Below, one piece after another: positions 41,323 to 52,103 of a stretch of DNA of 64,000 nt. How positions within the stretch are numbered: the stretch's first letter is position 1; each line of letters begins with the position of its first letter. The notes beneath the pieces are model-generated. The model was given only the letters and a program-made list of their open reading frames with translations. It made no database searches and was not told the origin of the DNA. The DNA is from Paracoccaceae bacterium (GTDB lineage: Bacteria; Pseudomonadota; Alphaproteobacteria; Rhodobacterales; Rhodobacteraceae): contig JBLGAC010000008.1 of the NCBI GenBank assembly GCA_047610385.1, positions 23,455-87,454 on the forward strand, written 5' to 3'. The position numbers and the translations under genes were made by a program.

Positions 41323-41784
41323 TCAGGCGATGGCGATCACTTCGTCGCGGGTCATGTGGCCCGGAACGATGGTCAGCGGCACGGGCAGGCGCCCGGCCAT
41401 GCGCCCGGTTGCCAGCGCAGTGACCAGCGGCCCCGGCCCCTCGCCCTCAGACCCGGCGCCAAGCACCAGAACCCCGATTTCAGGGTCTTCGCGGATCTGG
41501 GCAAGCACCTCGTCCTTGGGGTCGCCTTCGCGGATCACAAATTCGGGGATGATGCCGACGTTTTCCGTCAGCTTGCTCGCCAGCTCTATGAAACGGGCCT
41601 CGGCGGCCTCACGGGCTTCTTGGCGCATGACTTCACCGACGCCGATCCAGTGTTGGAATTCTTCGGGCCGGATCACAAACAGCATCTGCAATCCGCCACC
41701 GGTCTTTTGCGCGCGGCGCGCGGCAAAGCGCACCGCATTCATACACTCCGGCGTTTCATCGATGATGACGAGGAACTTGCGCAT
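41323..41784 (-). CDS. Universal stress protein
   Basis: MRKFLVIIDETPEC...VIREGDP...LVLGA...PLTIVPG; trpS-usp-nifU synteny. Confidence 0.9.
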   Translation of the reverse strand: MRKFLVIIDETPECMNAVRFAARRAQKTGGGLQMLFVIRPEEFQHWIGVGEVMRQEAREAAEARFIELASKLTENVGIIPEFVIREGDPKDEVLAQIREDPEIGVLVLGAGSEGEGPGPLVTALATGRMAGRLPVPLTIVPGHMTRDEVIAIA

Positions 41785-41839
41785 GGCTTTCGCCCCTTCG
41801 TGCCCGGTGATGGTCTGGACACGAAGCATGTCGCAACCC

Positions 41840-41927
41840 GGCCCGCCGCGCAACAATCGCGGCGGCCCGGCGGGGTCAGATCTGGCCCGCCGCGCAACAA
41901 TCGCGGCGGTCCGGCATGCTCAGATCT
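41840..41927. repeat. 44-bp tandem duplication of a hairpin plus the trpS 3' end
   Basis: Two units GGCCCGCCGCGCAACAATCGCGGCGG-N-CCGGC-N4-TCAGATCT starting at 41840 and 41884. Confidence 0.85.
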
Positions 41928-42981
41928 GCCGCGAGCGCAGCAGGCCGACTTTTTCGTAAGTGGCGTTCAGGATCGGGTTGGCGATCGCCGCGGCGCGGTC
42001 CGCACCATCGCCCAGCACCTTGTCGATATAGGCGACGTCAGCGGAAATCTCAGCCATTCGCGCGGCGATCGGGGCCATCTTTGCCACTGCCAGATCGGCC
42101 AGTTTGGGCTTGAATGTGCCAAAATTTGACCCGGCAAATTCCGCGATCACTGCGTCGATTGTGGTGTCCGACAGCGCGGCATAGATGCCAATCAGATTGC
42201 GGGCCTCAGGGCGTTCTGCCAGGCCGTCGATGTGGTCGGGCAGGGGTTCGGCGTCGGTCTTTGCCTTGCGGAACTTCTGCGCGATCATGTCTGCGTTGTC
42301 GGTCAGGTTGATGCGGCTCATGTCCGAAGGCTCAGATTTCGACATCTTCTTGGACCCGTCGCGCAGGGACATGACGCGGGTGGCGACGCCTTCGATCATT
42401 GGTTCGGGCATCGGGAAGAAATCGGGGCATTTGTAGTCGTTGTTGAATTTGGCGGCGATGTCGCGCGCCAGTTCAAGGTGCTGCTTTTGGTCGTCGCCAA
42501 CGGGCACATGGGTCGCGTGATAGATCAGGATGTCCGCGGCCATCAGCACTGGATAATTGAACAGCCCGACTGATGCGTTTTCGCGATTCTTGCCAGCCTT
42601 TTCCTTGAACTGGGTCATCCGGTTCAGCCAACCCATGCGGGCCACGCAGTTGAACACCCACGCCAGTTCGGCATGCGCCGAGACCTGCGACTGGTTGAAC
42701 AGGATCGATTTCGCCGGATCCAGCCCACAGGCCATGAAGGCAGCGGCCAGTTCGCGGATTGATCGGGTCAATTCGACAGGGTTGGGATTAACCGTCAGTG
42801 CATGAAGATCAACCATGCAATAGAGGGTTTCGCCTAAACCTTCGTCCTGCATCTCAACGAAGCGCTTGACCGCGCCGAGATAGTTGCCCAGATGCAGGTT
42901 CCCCGTGGGCTGAACGCCCGAGAACACCCGGCGCGGATGCGCGCCGCCTGAAGCGTCTGCCTGCGTCGGCATATCCGTCAT
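41920..42981 (-). CDS. trpS: Tryptophan--tRNA ligase
   Basis: [45 protein letters not shown]. Confidence 0.97.
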   Translation of the reverse strand: MTDMPTQADASGGAHPRRVFSGVQPTGNLHLGNYLGAVKRFVEMQDEGLGETLYCMVDLHALTVNPNPVELTRSIRELAAAFMACGLDPAKSILFNQSQVSAHAELAWVFNCVARMGWLNRMTQFKEKAGKNRENASVGLFNYPVLMAADILIYHATHVPVGDDQKQHLELARDIAAKFNNDYKCPDFFPMPEPMIEGVATRVMSLRDGSKKMSKSEPSDMSRINLTDNADMIAQKFRKAKTDAEPLPDHIDGLAERPEARNLIGIYAALSDTTIDAVIAEFAGSNFGTFKPKLADLAVAKMAPIAARMAEISADVAYIDKVLGDGADRAAAIANPILNATYEKVGLLRSRQI

Positions 42982-43090
42982 GTCGGTTTCCCCCTGAGCG
43001 TCCGTTGGTTGACCGGCCTTATGGGGCGGCCCTGCGGATCGGTCAAGACGCGGGCGATGCACCCAACGCGCCTGTGAGCCCGGAGAGAGA

Positions 43091-43759
43091 ATGTTCCAGT
43101 TTCCCGCCCTGCCGCCCGTGCAGCCCCGCCACAAGCAGGTGGCCTTTGGGCTGACCGCCATCTTCGTGGTGATCGAGGTGGTGTTCCAGCTCTCTGATGT
43201 CGGGATCCTGCCGCAGGGCCTCAGGTGGAACGCCTACACGAAATTTTCGTTCTACGCGCCGTGGTTCGAAGACATGATCGCGGGGCGCCGCGCGCCGTCG
43301 CAGGCCATGTGGAACATGCTGACATATGCGTTCCTACACGGGTCCATGACGCATCTTTTGATGAATTGCGGGGCGTTTCTGGGGCTGGGGCTGGTGACGC
43401 TCAGGATCTTTGGCACGCGGCTGTTCATGCTGTTTTTTGTGGTGACGGCGGTTGGTGGGGCGCTGGCCTTCGGGCTGATGTCGAATTCGGAAATGCCGAT
43501 GGTCGGCGTGTCGGGCGTGGTGTTCGGCCTGATCGGCGTGCTGAAATATGCCGAGCTGGCGTTCATTCGTCATCAGGGCGGGCGGTATCAGCCGGTGGCG
43601 ATCCGCAAATATGTCACCTCTTTGGCCATTCTGGCAGCGGTGAACGTCGCCATCGCATGGCTGCTGAAGGACATTATGGCGTGGCAGACCCATCTGGGCG
43701 GCTTCGTCGCTGGGTGGATCGCTGCGTGGTTGGTGGTCCCCAAGCCTGCCAAAACGTGA
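43091..43759 (+). CDS. Rhomboid family intramembrane serine protease
   Basis: [25 protein letters not shown] (GxS), AWQTHLGGF. Confidence 0.88.
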   Translation: MFQFPALPPVQPRHKQVAFGLTAIFVVIEVVFQLSDVGILPQGLRWNAYTKFSFYAPWFEDMIAGRRAPSQAMWNMLTYAFLHGSMTHLLMNCGAFLGLGLVTLRIFGTRLFMLFFVVTAVGGALAFGLMSNSEMPMVGVSGVVFGLIGVLKYAELAFIRHQGGRYQPVAIRKYVTSLAILAAVNVAIAWLLKDIMAWQTHLGGFVAGWIAAWLVVPKPAKT

Positions 43760-43852
43760 TCGCGGGGGGCGCAGCGGCCTCGGGGCGCCTTGCGCCCCCC
43801 GATGCCGCCGCCGCAGTCGCGGCCGGTCGCGCGGTTTGGGGGGCGCAGCGCA

Positions 43853-45394
43853 TCAGCGGCGGCGCATCAGCGCTTTCATCTCACCGAAGCTGAGACCGCC
43901 GAGCGCGGCTGCCGCGATGAAGTAGATCAGCATCGACGCCGCCACCAGCATCGCCAGCGCAAGATAGCGCAGGCCCGGCGCTGCCAACGCTCCGCCCGCC
44001 AGCCCCGCCAGCGCCCAGGCCCCAAGGCCCATGATCAGGCTCGCCGCCAGAATGCGTGGCGCGCGGGCAGTAAGGCGCGCGTCGATCTTGACCGCGTCGC
44101 CAAAGCGTTGGGCGCGCCGCCACAGCATCAGCACGTTGATCCAGCCCGCCAGCGTCGTGCCCACGGCCGCGGCCAGAAAGCCGATCACCGGCGACAGGCC
44201 GATCGCCACGATCACGTTGATCGCCATGCCCCACAGTGCGATCTTGAACGGGGTGCGGGTGTCTTCGCGTGCGAAAAACGCTGGCTGCAGGACCTTTTGC
44301 AGCACGAAGGCGGGCAGGCCCAGCCCGTAGATCGCGGTGGCGAGCGCCGTGGCCGCGGCGTCCTCGGGCCCGAAGGCGCCGCGGCCAAACAGGACCGACA
44401 CCAGCGGCAGCGGAATCGCCACCAGCGCGATGGATGCTGGCAGGGTCAGCGCCAGCGCAAATTCCGCGGCGCGGTTGGTTGCATCGCGCCCACCCTGGGC
44501 GTCGTCGGCCCGAAGCCGGCGCGCCAGATCGGGCAGCAACACGACCCCAATCGCCACGCCCACAACCCCGAGCGGCAGCTGATACAGCCGGTCTGCATAG
44601 TAAAGCCACGCCACTGCGCCGTCGAAATACGATGCCACTTGGCGCCCGACCACGAGGTTGATCTGCACCACACCACCTGCCAGCGCAGCCGGGGCGGCGA
44701 TGATGGCGAGGCGCTTCAGCTCTGGCGTCATGCGCGGGCGGCGCAGGCGCAGGCGCATTCCTGCACGCGCGGCGGCGCGCCACAGCAGCGCCATCTGCGC
44801 GACGCCCGCGATCGACACGCCCCAGACCAGCGCCGGACCCGGGTCGATATCTGTCATCCCCGCCAGCGTCAGCGCGCCCAGCAGGATGATGTTCAGCAGC
44901 ACTGGTGCAGCGGCGGCGGCGGCAAATTTGTCCATGGCATTCAGCACGCCGGACAGCAGTGCCGCGATTGAGATGAAGAAGATGTAGGGAAACGCGATCC
45001 GCCCGTAATCGGTCGCAAGGGTCAGGCGTTCATCCGCCGCAAAGCCCGATGCCAGCCCCAGCACAAGGAACGGCATCAGCGCCAGCGCGATCAGCGTCAG
45101 CGCGATCAGCACCGCAGCAAGCCCGGCCATCGCATCTTCGGCAAAAGCGCGGGCGGGGGCGTCACCCTCGCCTTCCAGCTTTTTGGCGAACATCGGGATG
45201 AACGCCATGTTAAAGGCGCCCTCGGCAAAAAAGCGGCGGAAAAGGTTGGGCAGCGAAAAGGCGATCACGAACGCTTCGGCCGTGGGGCCGGCGCCCAATG
45301 CAGCGGCGATGGCCATGTCGCGGGCAAAGCCGAGCACTCGGCTGGCCATGGTCCAGCCCCCGACAGTGGCGAAAGAGCGGAACATGCGCGACAT
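43853..45394 (-). CDS. murJ: Lipid II flippase MurJ (MviN)
   Basis: ASRVLGFARD, PNLFRRFFAEGAF, LYYADRLYQLPLG, FFAREDTRTP. Confidence 0.96.
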   Translation of the reverse strand: MSRMFRSFATVGGWTMASRVLGFARDMAIAAALGAGPTAEAFVIAFSLPNLFRRFFAEGAFNMAFIPMFAKKLEGEGDAPARAFAEDAMAGLAAVLIALTLIALALMPFLVLGLASGFAADERLTLATDYGRIAFPYIFFISIAALLSGVLNAMDKFAAAAAAPVLLNIILLGALTLAGMTDIDPGPALVWGVSIAGVAQMALLWRAAARAGMRLRLRRPRMTPELKRLAIIAAPAALAGGVVQINLVVGRQVASYFDGAVAWLYYADRLYQLPLGVVGVAIGVVLLPDLARRLRADDAQGGRDATNRAAEFALALTLPASIALVAIPLPLVSVLFGRGAFGPEDAAATALATAIYGLGLPAFVLQKVLQPAFFAREDTRTPFKIALWGMAINVIVAIGLSPVIGFLAAAVGTTLAGWINVLMLWRRAQRFGDAVKIDARLTARAPRILAASLIMGLGAWALAGLAGGALAAPGLRYLALAMLVAASMLIYFIAAAALGGLSFGEMKALMRRR

Positions 45395-45625
45395 CGGGAT
45401 GGCTCCGGGGCTGGAGGGACGGCGTTGGGGGATGGTTTACGCGCGGATGGCGCCCAAGTCGTGAAGACCGAAGGCCGCGGGGATCGCGGATCGGCGCGCG
45501 CCATCCGGCACCCGCCGCCTGCCACCCCTAAAAACGCTTGGGATGGGCGCGCGCCGCCCTTTGCGGCGCCGGGCGAGCGGGGGCGCAAGGCCCCCCGAGC
45601 CCGCATTTGGCCCAATGGCGCGGCC

Positions 45626-48538
45626 TCAGGTCTTTTCACTGTCCGGCGAGGCGTTGTCGATGGCACCGCGCAGGGCGTCCTCGATCGCCTTCATCTTGGT
45701 GGCTGAGCGGACTTTCAGCCCGAACAGGTCCTTGATGTAAAAGACGTCCACCGCCTGTTCGCCATAGGTCGCGATCAGCGCCGAGGCGATGGCGATGTTG
45801 CACGATGACAGCGCGCGGGTCAGGTCATACAGCAGCCCGATCCGGTCGCGGGTGTCGACCTCCACCACCGTGTAGATTTCCGAACTGGCATTGTCGAAGG
45901 TCACCCGGGTCGGCACGCGGAACTTGCTTTCGCGTTTCTTCACCTTGCGCTTGGGCTTCAGCGCGTCGCGGGCCACAAGATCGCCGCTTAGCGTGCGTTT
46001 GACCGTGCGCCGCAGGCGGTCAAGCTGGCTGCGGTCATAGGGCGTGCCCTCTGCGCTCTGGATCCAGAAGGCCGACACGGCGAACCCGTCGGAGGTCGTG
46101 AAGGTCCGCGCGTCCACCACATTGGCGCCCGCCAGCGCCAGCGCCCCGGCCATGCGCGAAAAGATCCCCGGATGATCGGCCATCACGAAACAGGCGCGCG
46201 ACACGCCGCGGGCATGGTCTTGGGTGATGTCGCTTTCCACCCGGTCCTCGGCGCGCGGCCGCCCGAGGATCGCGAACTGTTCGTGCGCGTCGGTGTCCAG
46301 CCCCAGCCAGTAGGGCGGGTAATGGCGGGCGATCTCGGCCTCCAGTTCCTCCGCCGGCCAACCCTGCATACGCTCACGCAGGGCCTGCATGGCCTCGGTG
46401 GCGCGTTCCTTGCGCGATCTGGTCTCCGACCCGCCGGTCAGTTCATCCTTGGTGTCGTTGTAAAGCTGGCGCAGCAGCTGCGCCTTCCAGTTGTTCCAGA
46501 CCCCCGGCCCCACCGCCATGATATCGCATGCGGTCAGCACCAGCAGCAGACGCAGGCGCGACGGCGTGCGCACCACATCGGCAAACGCCCGCACTGTGGA
46601 TGGGTCTGAGATGTCGCGCTTCTGCGCCACGTCGGACATCAGCAGATGATGGCGCACCAGCCAGGCCACGGTTGCGGTGGACCCGGCGTCCAGCCCCAGC
46701 CGGGGGCACAGCGCCTCGGCCACTTGGGCGCCGACCTCTGAATGGTCCTCGGGCAGGCCCTTGCCGATGTCGTGCAGCAGCAGCGCCACATACAGCACCG
46801 TGCGGTCGACGCCCTCGGTCATGATCAGCGAGCTGAGCGGCAGATCCGCCTTCAGCGCCCCCGTTTCAATCCGGTGCAGGGTGCGGATCGCCATGATGGT
46901 ATGCTCATCCACCGTGTAGTGGTGATACATATTGAACTGCATCATCGCGACGATGCGGCCAAAATCGGGGATGAAACGCCCCAGCACCCCGGTTTCCAGC
47001 ATCCGGCGCAGCGCGCGCTCAGGGTCCTTGGAATTCACCAGCAGGTCGACGAACAGCTTATTGGCCGCCGGGTCTTCGCGCATCTTGTCATCAATCAGAT
47101 GCAGGTTGGCGGCGATCATCCGAAGCGCGTTGGGGTGGATCAGCGCGCCGGTCTTCAACCCCTGTTCCAGCACCCGCAGGACGTTGATCGGATCGCCGGT
47201 CAGGACCGCCTCGTCGGGGATATCAAGCCGCCCGTCGCGCATCACAAAAGGCCCAGCGGCCCCGCGCGCGCCCGCCGCCGTGAACGCGCGCAGCAGGCCC
47301 GACAGTTTGGGGCGTTTCTTGACGTGCTGCGCTTCCAGCGCGGCAAGGAAGATGCGCGTCAGGTCTCCGACATTGCGGGCATGGCTGAAATAGGTCTGCA
47401 TGAACCTCTCAACCCCGCGCTGGCCGCCTTCGTCCTCAAAGCCGAGCCGCCGGGCGACGTCGACCTGCTGGTCAAAGGTCAGCTGGTCGTTGGCGCGGCC
47501 CGAGTTCAGATGCAGATGGCAGCGCACGGTCCACAGAAAGCTTTCGGCCTCCGAAAAAATCTGCACCTCATGTTCGGAGAACACGCCCTTGGCCACCAGA
47601 TCCTTGGGCGAGGCCGCGTGATAGAGGTATTTCGCAATCCAATACAGCGTCTGCAAATCGCGCAGCCCGCCTTTGCTTTCCTTGACGTTCGGTTCCAGCA
47701 AATAGCGCGATCCGCCGTGGCGTTTGTGGCGCTGGGCGCGCTCTTCCAGCTTGGCCTCGACAAATTCGGGGCCGGTGCGGGAAAATAGCTCCCCCCACAG
47801 CCGGGCGTCCAGTTCTTCGGCCAAAGGCCGGGCGCCGGAGATGAAGCGGTGCTCCAGCAACGCGGTGCGGATGGTGATGTCGTCGCGCCCCAGCCGCAGG
47901 CAATCATCCACCGTGCGCACCGAATGGCCGACCTTCAGGCGCAGGTCCCACAGCATGTAAAGAATGTTCTCGACCAGCGTTTCCACCCAGCCGGTGGCCT
48001 TCCACGGCGTCAGGAACAGCAGGTCCACGTCTGAGAACGGGGCCATTTCAAAGCGCCCGTAGCCGCCAACGGCGATGACGGCGATCTTCTGGCCCTCAGT
48101 CGGGGCGTGGTTGGGGCACAGCCAGCGCAGCGATATCTCAATGGAGGCGCGCACCACCTCGTCGGTCAGCCACGCGATCGACCGGGCCGCGGCGGGGCCT
48201 GCCATCGGCTCAGCCTCCAGCGCCAGTGCGATGGCGGTCTTTCCGGCGTCCAGCGCGTCGCGCAGGATCTGGGCGATGGCGGCCTTGAAGGTGTCGCGGT
48301 CGCCATCTGCCTGGGTGTGGGCGGCCTCAATCCTGGCCATGACCGTGTCAGCCGTAAAGATGCTGTGCGCCGGAAGGATCAGCGGCGGTGCCCCTTTGGG
48401 GGCATCCAGCGGCTCCGGCGTCGGGCCGGAGGGGGGTGGCGCCGGGGCATGACCCTCTGGCGGCAGGGCGGGGGTGAACCCGTCCTCGGCAAGAATGTCG
48501 GCGAGGATGTCGGGGCTGGGCACGCGCGGGGTCATCAA
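45626..48538 (-). CDS. glnD: Bifunctional uridylyltransferase/uridylyl-removing enzyme
   Basis: AVGGYGR...FSDVDL, LEPNVKESKGGLRD, HD domain HHYTVDEH / LLHDIGKG, two ACT domains. Confidence 0.96.
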   Translation of the reverse strand: MMTPRVPSPDILADILAEDGFTPALPPEGHAPAPPPSGPTPEPLDAPKGAPPLILPAHSIFTADTVMARIEAAHTQADGDRDTFKAAIAQILRDALDAGKTAIALALEAEPMAGPAAARSIAWLTDEVVRASIEISLRWLCPNHAPTEGQKIAVIAVGGYGRFEMAPFSDVDLLFLTPWKATGWVETLVENILYMLWDLRLKVGHSVRTVDDCLRLGRDDITIRTALLEHRFISGARPLAEELDARLWGELFSRTGPEFVEAKLEERAQRHKRHGGSRYLLEPNVKESKGGLRDLQTLYWIAKYLYHAASPKDLVAKGVFSEHEVQIFSEAESFLWTVRCHLHLNSGRANDQLTFDQQVDVARRLGFEDEGGQRGVERFMQTYFSHARNVGDLTRIFLAALEAQHVKKRPKLSGLLRAFTAAGARGAAGPFVMRDGRLDIPDEAVLTGDPINVLRVLEQGLKTGALIHPNALRMIAANLHLIDDKMREDPAANKLFVDLLVNSKDPERALRRMLETGVLGRFIPDFGRIVAMMQFNMYHHYTVDEHTIMAIRTLHRIETGALKADLPLSSLIMTEGVDRTVLYVALLLHDIGKGLPEDHSEVGAQVAEALCPRLGLDAGSTATVAWLVRHHLLMSDVAQKRDISDPSTVRAFADVVRTPSRLRLLLVLTACDIMAVGPGVWNNWKAQLLRQLYNDTKDELTGGSETRSRKERATEAMQALRERMQGWPAEELEAEIARHYPPYWLGLDTDAHEQFAILGRPRAEDRVESDITQDHARGVSRACFVMADHPGIFSRMAGALALAGANVVDARTFTTSDGFAVSAFWIQSAEGTPYDRSQLDRLRRTVKRTLSGDLVARDALKPKRKVKKRESKFRVPTRVTFDNASSEIYTVVEVDTRDRIGLLYDLTRALSSCNIAIASALIATYGEQAVDVFYIKDLFGLKVRSATKMKAIEDALRGAIDNASPDSEKT

Positions 48539-49764
48539 AGCCCGGCACGCCCACCGGCTGCGACAGGCGCCGGATCAACCACGATAAAGCCTTCGGGCGC
48601 GACCTCCAGCACCGCAAGCGCGCGCTGGTTCAGGCCTTCGGGGGTGAAACGGAATGCGCCCGCCGCGCCGGAAAAGCCTGCCGGATCGGTGATCGCGGTC
48701 CAGTCGAACGGGGTGATCAGGCGCGCGGCACGGGCGCTTTCCACCATCGCCACGGCGGCGGCGGCGGCATCATAGCCCAGATGCGCAAGGCGGCTGGGCG
48801 CTGCGCCATACCGCGCGGCATAGCGCCTTTCAAACGCGCTCAGGCGGAACGGGTCGGGTGCTGCGAACCAGCCGCCCTGCAGGGCGCGTTCCTTGACGAT
48901 GCCGGGATCCTTGGACCAGATGCTCAGCCCCAGATATTTGCCGTTGCGGGGGGACACGCCGTTGAAATCAAGGAACGCCACTGCGGACCGCAATCCGTCG
49001 CCTTCCTCAGGCAGCACCACGGCCTGCGCGCCGCTGGCGAGGTGGTCTTTGGCATAGGGCGCAGCTGCGGCCTGAATGCCTTCAAAGCTGCGATTATACG
49101 AGCCCTGCGCCGCGACCATGGCACCTGCGCGCCGCGCGCCGTCCTGCACCGCGCGGGTGGCGGCGACGCCATAGGGCGTGTCGGGGGCGAAGACGCCGAT
49201 GCGGCTGTATCCGGCACCCGCGGCAAAGCTGACGATGCGCGCCGCCTCGGTAGAGGGCAACTGGCCGACCAGCCAGACATTCGCGCCCGCGACATTCGCA
49301 TCGGTTGAGAATGAGATGACGTTCACCCCCCGCGCGGCAGCCACAGACGCGGCAGCCCCAACATTGGACCCGAACAGCGGCCCAAGCAGCAGCGCCGCGC
49401 CGTCATCCAGTGCCCGGCGCGCGGCGGCGGCGGCCCCGCCCGGTCCCCCGCCCAGTCCCCCGGCGGTGTCATAGATCCGAAGCGCAACGGCGTTCCCGCC
49501 CAGTTCCTCAGCCGCAAGCATGGCTGCGTTGGCGATGCCCTGCGCCTCAGCGGCGACGCCACCTTCTGCGCCCACCGGCAGCAGCAGCGCGACCGGCGCG
49601 GGGGCCGACAGATTCACCTGCGGTTCTGCGGGCGCGGCGGGCTGGGGCACGGGCCTCAGTGCGGTTCCACGGGTTGGCGGCGTGCAAGCGGCCAGCATGG
49701 CGGCGGCAGCGAAGGCGAGGGCGAAGCGCCCCGCGCGATTGTAACGGGCGGTTCTGATGGTCAT
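48535..49764 (-). CDS. Penicillin-binding protein activator (LpoA-like) lipoprotein
   Basis: Lipobox LAAC, VALLLP, LLGPLFG, LGYDA, FSGAAGAFRF; divergent from rsmI. Confidence 0.85.
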   Translation of the reverse strand: MTIRTARYNRAGRFALAFAAAAMLAACTPPTRGTALRPVPQPAAPAEPQVNLSAPAPVALLLPVGAEGGVAAEAQGIANAAMLAAEELGGNAVALRIYDTAGGLGGGPGGAAAAARRALDDGAALLLGPLFGSNVGAAASVAAARGVNVISFSTDANVAGANVWLVGQLPSTEAARIVSFAAGAGYSRIGVFAPDTPYGVAATRAVQDGARRAGAMVAAQGSYNRSFEGIQAAAAPYAKDHLASGAQAVVLPEEGDGLRSAVAFLDFNGVSPRNGKYLGLSIWSKDPGIVKERALQGGWFAAPDPFRLSAFERRYAARYGAAPSRLAHLGYDAAAAAVAMVESARAARLITPFDWTAITDPAGFSGAAGAFRFTPEGLNQRALAVLEVAPEGFIVVDPAPVAAGGRAGL

Positions 49765-49891
49765 GATGCGTCCTCGCGTTCCGCCGGGATACATCCCGGT
49801 CCGAGCTTGATCACCAGCGCGTCGCAGCGGGACGCAGGCGTCCTGCGCGATCTTGCGCTCTTATCAAGGGTCGTGCCATGACGAAGCCCAT

Positions 49892-50854
49892 ATGAAAAGC
49901 GATGATGATGCAATGGTGGGCCCGGACGGGGCACCCGGCGCGCCGATGGCGCAGCGCGGCCACAGCGGTGCGGCCTGGGCCGGGGCTGGGCGCGCGCCAA
50001 TCCCGCCGGGCTTGCATCTGGTGGCAACGCCGATCGGCAATGCTGGGGACATCACGCTGCGGGCGCTTGACACCCTTGCGCGCGCCGACGTGCTGGCGGC
50101 CGAGGACACCCGCACCCTGCGCCGCCTGATGGAGATCCACGGCGTTGCGCTGAACGGTCGCCCGCTGATCGCCTATAATGACCATAACGGCCCGCGCCGC
50201 CGCCCACAGCTGCTTGAACACCTCGCGGTGGGCCGGTCGGTCGCCTATTGCTCAGACGCGGGCACGCCGCTGGTGTCTGATCCGGGCTGGAAACTGGCCT
50301 CTGAGGCTGTCGCGGCGGGCGCGGACATCACCGCGGCACCGGGTGCCAGCGCGGTGCTGGCGGCGCTGTGCGTGTCGGGGCTGCCGTCAGACCGGTTCCT
50401 GTTCGCGGGGTTTCTGCCGCAAAAGGCCGGCGCGCGGCGAACGGTGCTGGCTGAACTGGCGCAGGTTCCCGCGACGCTGGTGTTCTACGAAGCGCCGCGC
50501 CGGGCCGCTGAGACGTTGCGCGCGATGGCCGAAATCCTCGGCCCCGACCGCCCCGCTGCATTCTGCCGTGAATTGACCAAGCGCTTTGAACAGGTGCGCC
50601 GCGGCTCTGTCGCGGAGCTGGCTGAGGCGCTGGGCGCTGAGCCTGCCGCCAAGGGCGAGGCGGTGTTGGTGATCGGCCCACCGGATGCTGATGCCGGGCT
50701 TGGCGATGCTGAAACCGTGGATGAACAGTTGCGCGCGGCGCTGGCACGAGGGTCGGTGAAGGACGCCGCCCGCGACGTTGCAGCGCTGACGGGGCGCAAG
50801 CGGGCGGATCTGTACGCGCGGGCGCTGGAATTGCGGGGAGAAGATCGTTCATGA
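49892..50854 (+). CDS. rsmI: 16S rRNA (cytidine1402-2'-O)-methyltransferase
   Basis: LHLVATPIGNAGDITLRA, AAEDTR, SDAGTPLVSDPG, FYEAPRR, RELTKRFE. Confidence 0.95.
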   Translation: MKSDDDAMVGPDGAPGAPMAQRGHSGAAWAGAGRAPIPPGLHLVATPIGNAGDITLRALDTLARADVLAAEDTRTLRRLMEIHGVALNGRPLIAYNDHNGPRRRPQLLEHLAVGRSVAYCSDAGTPLVSDPGWKLASEAVAAGADITAAPGASAVLAALCVSGLPSDRFLFAGFLPQKAGARRTVLAELAQVPATLVFYEAPRRAAETLRAMAEILGPDRPAAFCRELTKRFEQVRRGSVAELAEALGAEPAAKGEAVLVIGPPDADAGLGDAETVDEQLRAALARGSVKDAARDVAALTGRKRADLYARALELRGEDRS

Positions 50855-50906
50855 AATGTTTGCTTTGTTGGGGGATCTTGAGGTGAACTGATTAAGGACG
50901 CCGCCC

Positions 50907-51353
50907 ATGCCCTTTGACGCGATCATGCCCGACATCGTCCTGACGCCGCCGCCCCCTGCGCCGACGCTGTTCGCGCGGACCAAACCGCGCGGCGGCGGCG
51001 CGATGGCCAAGGCCGCGGGTGCCGCGGCTGAAAACGCCGCCCTCAGGCGCTATCGAAAAGGTGGCGCGATGTTTCTTGCGCAGAACTGGCGCGCGCGGAA
51101 AATTCATGGTGGCGGCGAAATCGATCTGGTGCTGGAACGCGGCGGCGTCGTGATTTTTGTGGAGGTCAAAGCCCGGCGCACTTTGCCTGAGGCTTATAAT
51201 TGCATCCGCCCGTCGCAGCTGCGCCGCATCATGGCCGCGGCCGAAGGCTATATGACCGATTCCGGACGCTGGGGCGGGGACATGCGCTTTGACATCGTGC
51301 TTTGTGATCGCTACGGCGCTATGGAGAAGATTGAGAATATCTGGATCGACTGA
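50907..51353 (+). CDS. YraN (UPF0102) family protein
   Basis: GEIDLV...VIFVEVKAR...MRFDIV. Confidence 0.9.
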   Translation: MPFDAIMPDIVLTPPPPAPTLFARTKPRGGGAMAKAAGAAAENAALRRYRKGGAMFLAQNWRARKIHGGGEIDLVLERGGVVIFVEVKARRTLPEAYNCIRPSQLRRIMAAAEGYMTDSGRWGGDMRFDIVLCDRYGAMEKIENIWID

Positions 51354-51370
51354 CGGGAGAAACCGCGCGG

Positions 51371-51994
51371 ATGACGCAGGAAAAACAGCTTTCATCTGTG
51401 CGCGTGTTGGCTGTTCTGGTGGGTCTGTCCGTGCTTTCTGCATGCTCTGCGCAGGGGACTGTGATTGGCTTAGGCGCGGTGGTGGGACGCATTTTGCTGC
51501 AGGAACGCGATGCCGGTGATGCGCTGAGCGACACGGACATTGAAATCGGCATTCTGACGCGCATCCTGGAATTCTCGCCAGAGGCCGCGGCCACCGTTTC
51601 GGTGACCTCGATTGAGGGACGGGTGCTGCTCACGGGCGATGTGGACGGTGCTGAGGACGGCGCGCGCATTGTTGAAATTGCGTGGATCTCGCCTCAGGTC
51701 GGGTCAGTCGCGAATGAGCTGACCGTGGGCTTGGGTGGCGGGATCGGGCAGGCGTCCGATGATTTGCAGCTTGCCGCCGCGATTCGCCTGCGTTTGGTGC
51801 GCGATCTGGGCATTGCGGACATCAATTTCATCATCGCGGTGGATGGCGGGGTGGTGCATCTTGCCGGTCTGGCCCGGGATCGGGAGGAACTGCGCTCCGT
51901 GATCTGGCATGTTCGCCGCACTGCCGGAGTGGTCCATGTCGTCAGCCATGTGCTGACGCTCGACGACCCGCGCCGCGTGGCGCGCGGCGTCTGA
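51371..51994 (+). CDS. BON-domain lipoprotein (DolP/YraP-like)
   Basis: Lipobox LSAC; two BON-like repeats ([15 protein letters not shown]); rsmI/lpoA/yraN context. Confidence 0.8.
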   Translation: MTQEKQLSSVRVLAVLVGLSVLSACSAQGTVIGLGAVVGRILLQERDAGDALSDTDIEIGILTRILEFSPEAAATVSVTSIEGRVLLTGDVDGAEDGARIVEIAWISPQVGSVANELTVGLGGGIGQASDDLQLAAAIRLRLVRDLGIADINFIIAVDGGVVHLAGLARDREELRSVIWHVRRTAGVVHVVSHVLTLDDPRRVARGV

Positions 51995-52103
51995 CACGGC
52001 CAGCGCTGCGCCCTGCCACTGGCGCCGCGCGCTTCGGGGGGTTACATCCCTTGCATCGGCCCGTCGCGGTCGCCCCGGAACACGCCCGAGGAGGGAGCCC
52101 CGC

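Noticed and set aside
43091-43759. Rhomboid protease as the sorting enzyme for the VPLPA-CTERM proteins
   Set aside because: Rhombosortases act on GlyGly-CTERM tails, not VPxP tails, and this rhomboid sits in ordinary trpS/murJ synteny.
48360-48538. Pro-rich N-terminal extension of GlnD
   Set aside because: The start codon is uncertain and such extensions are common in GC-rich Alphaproteobacteria.
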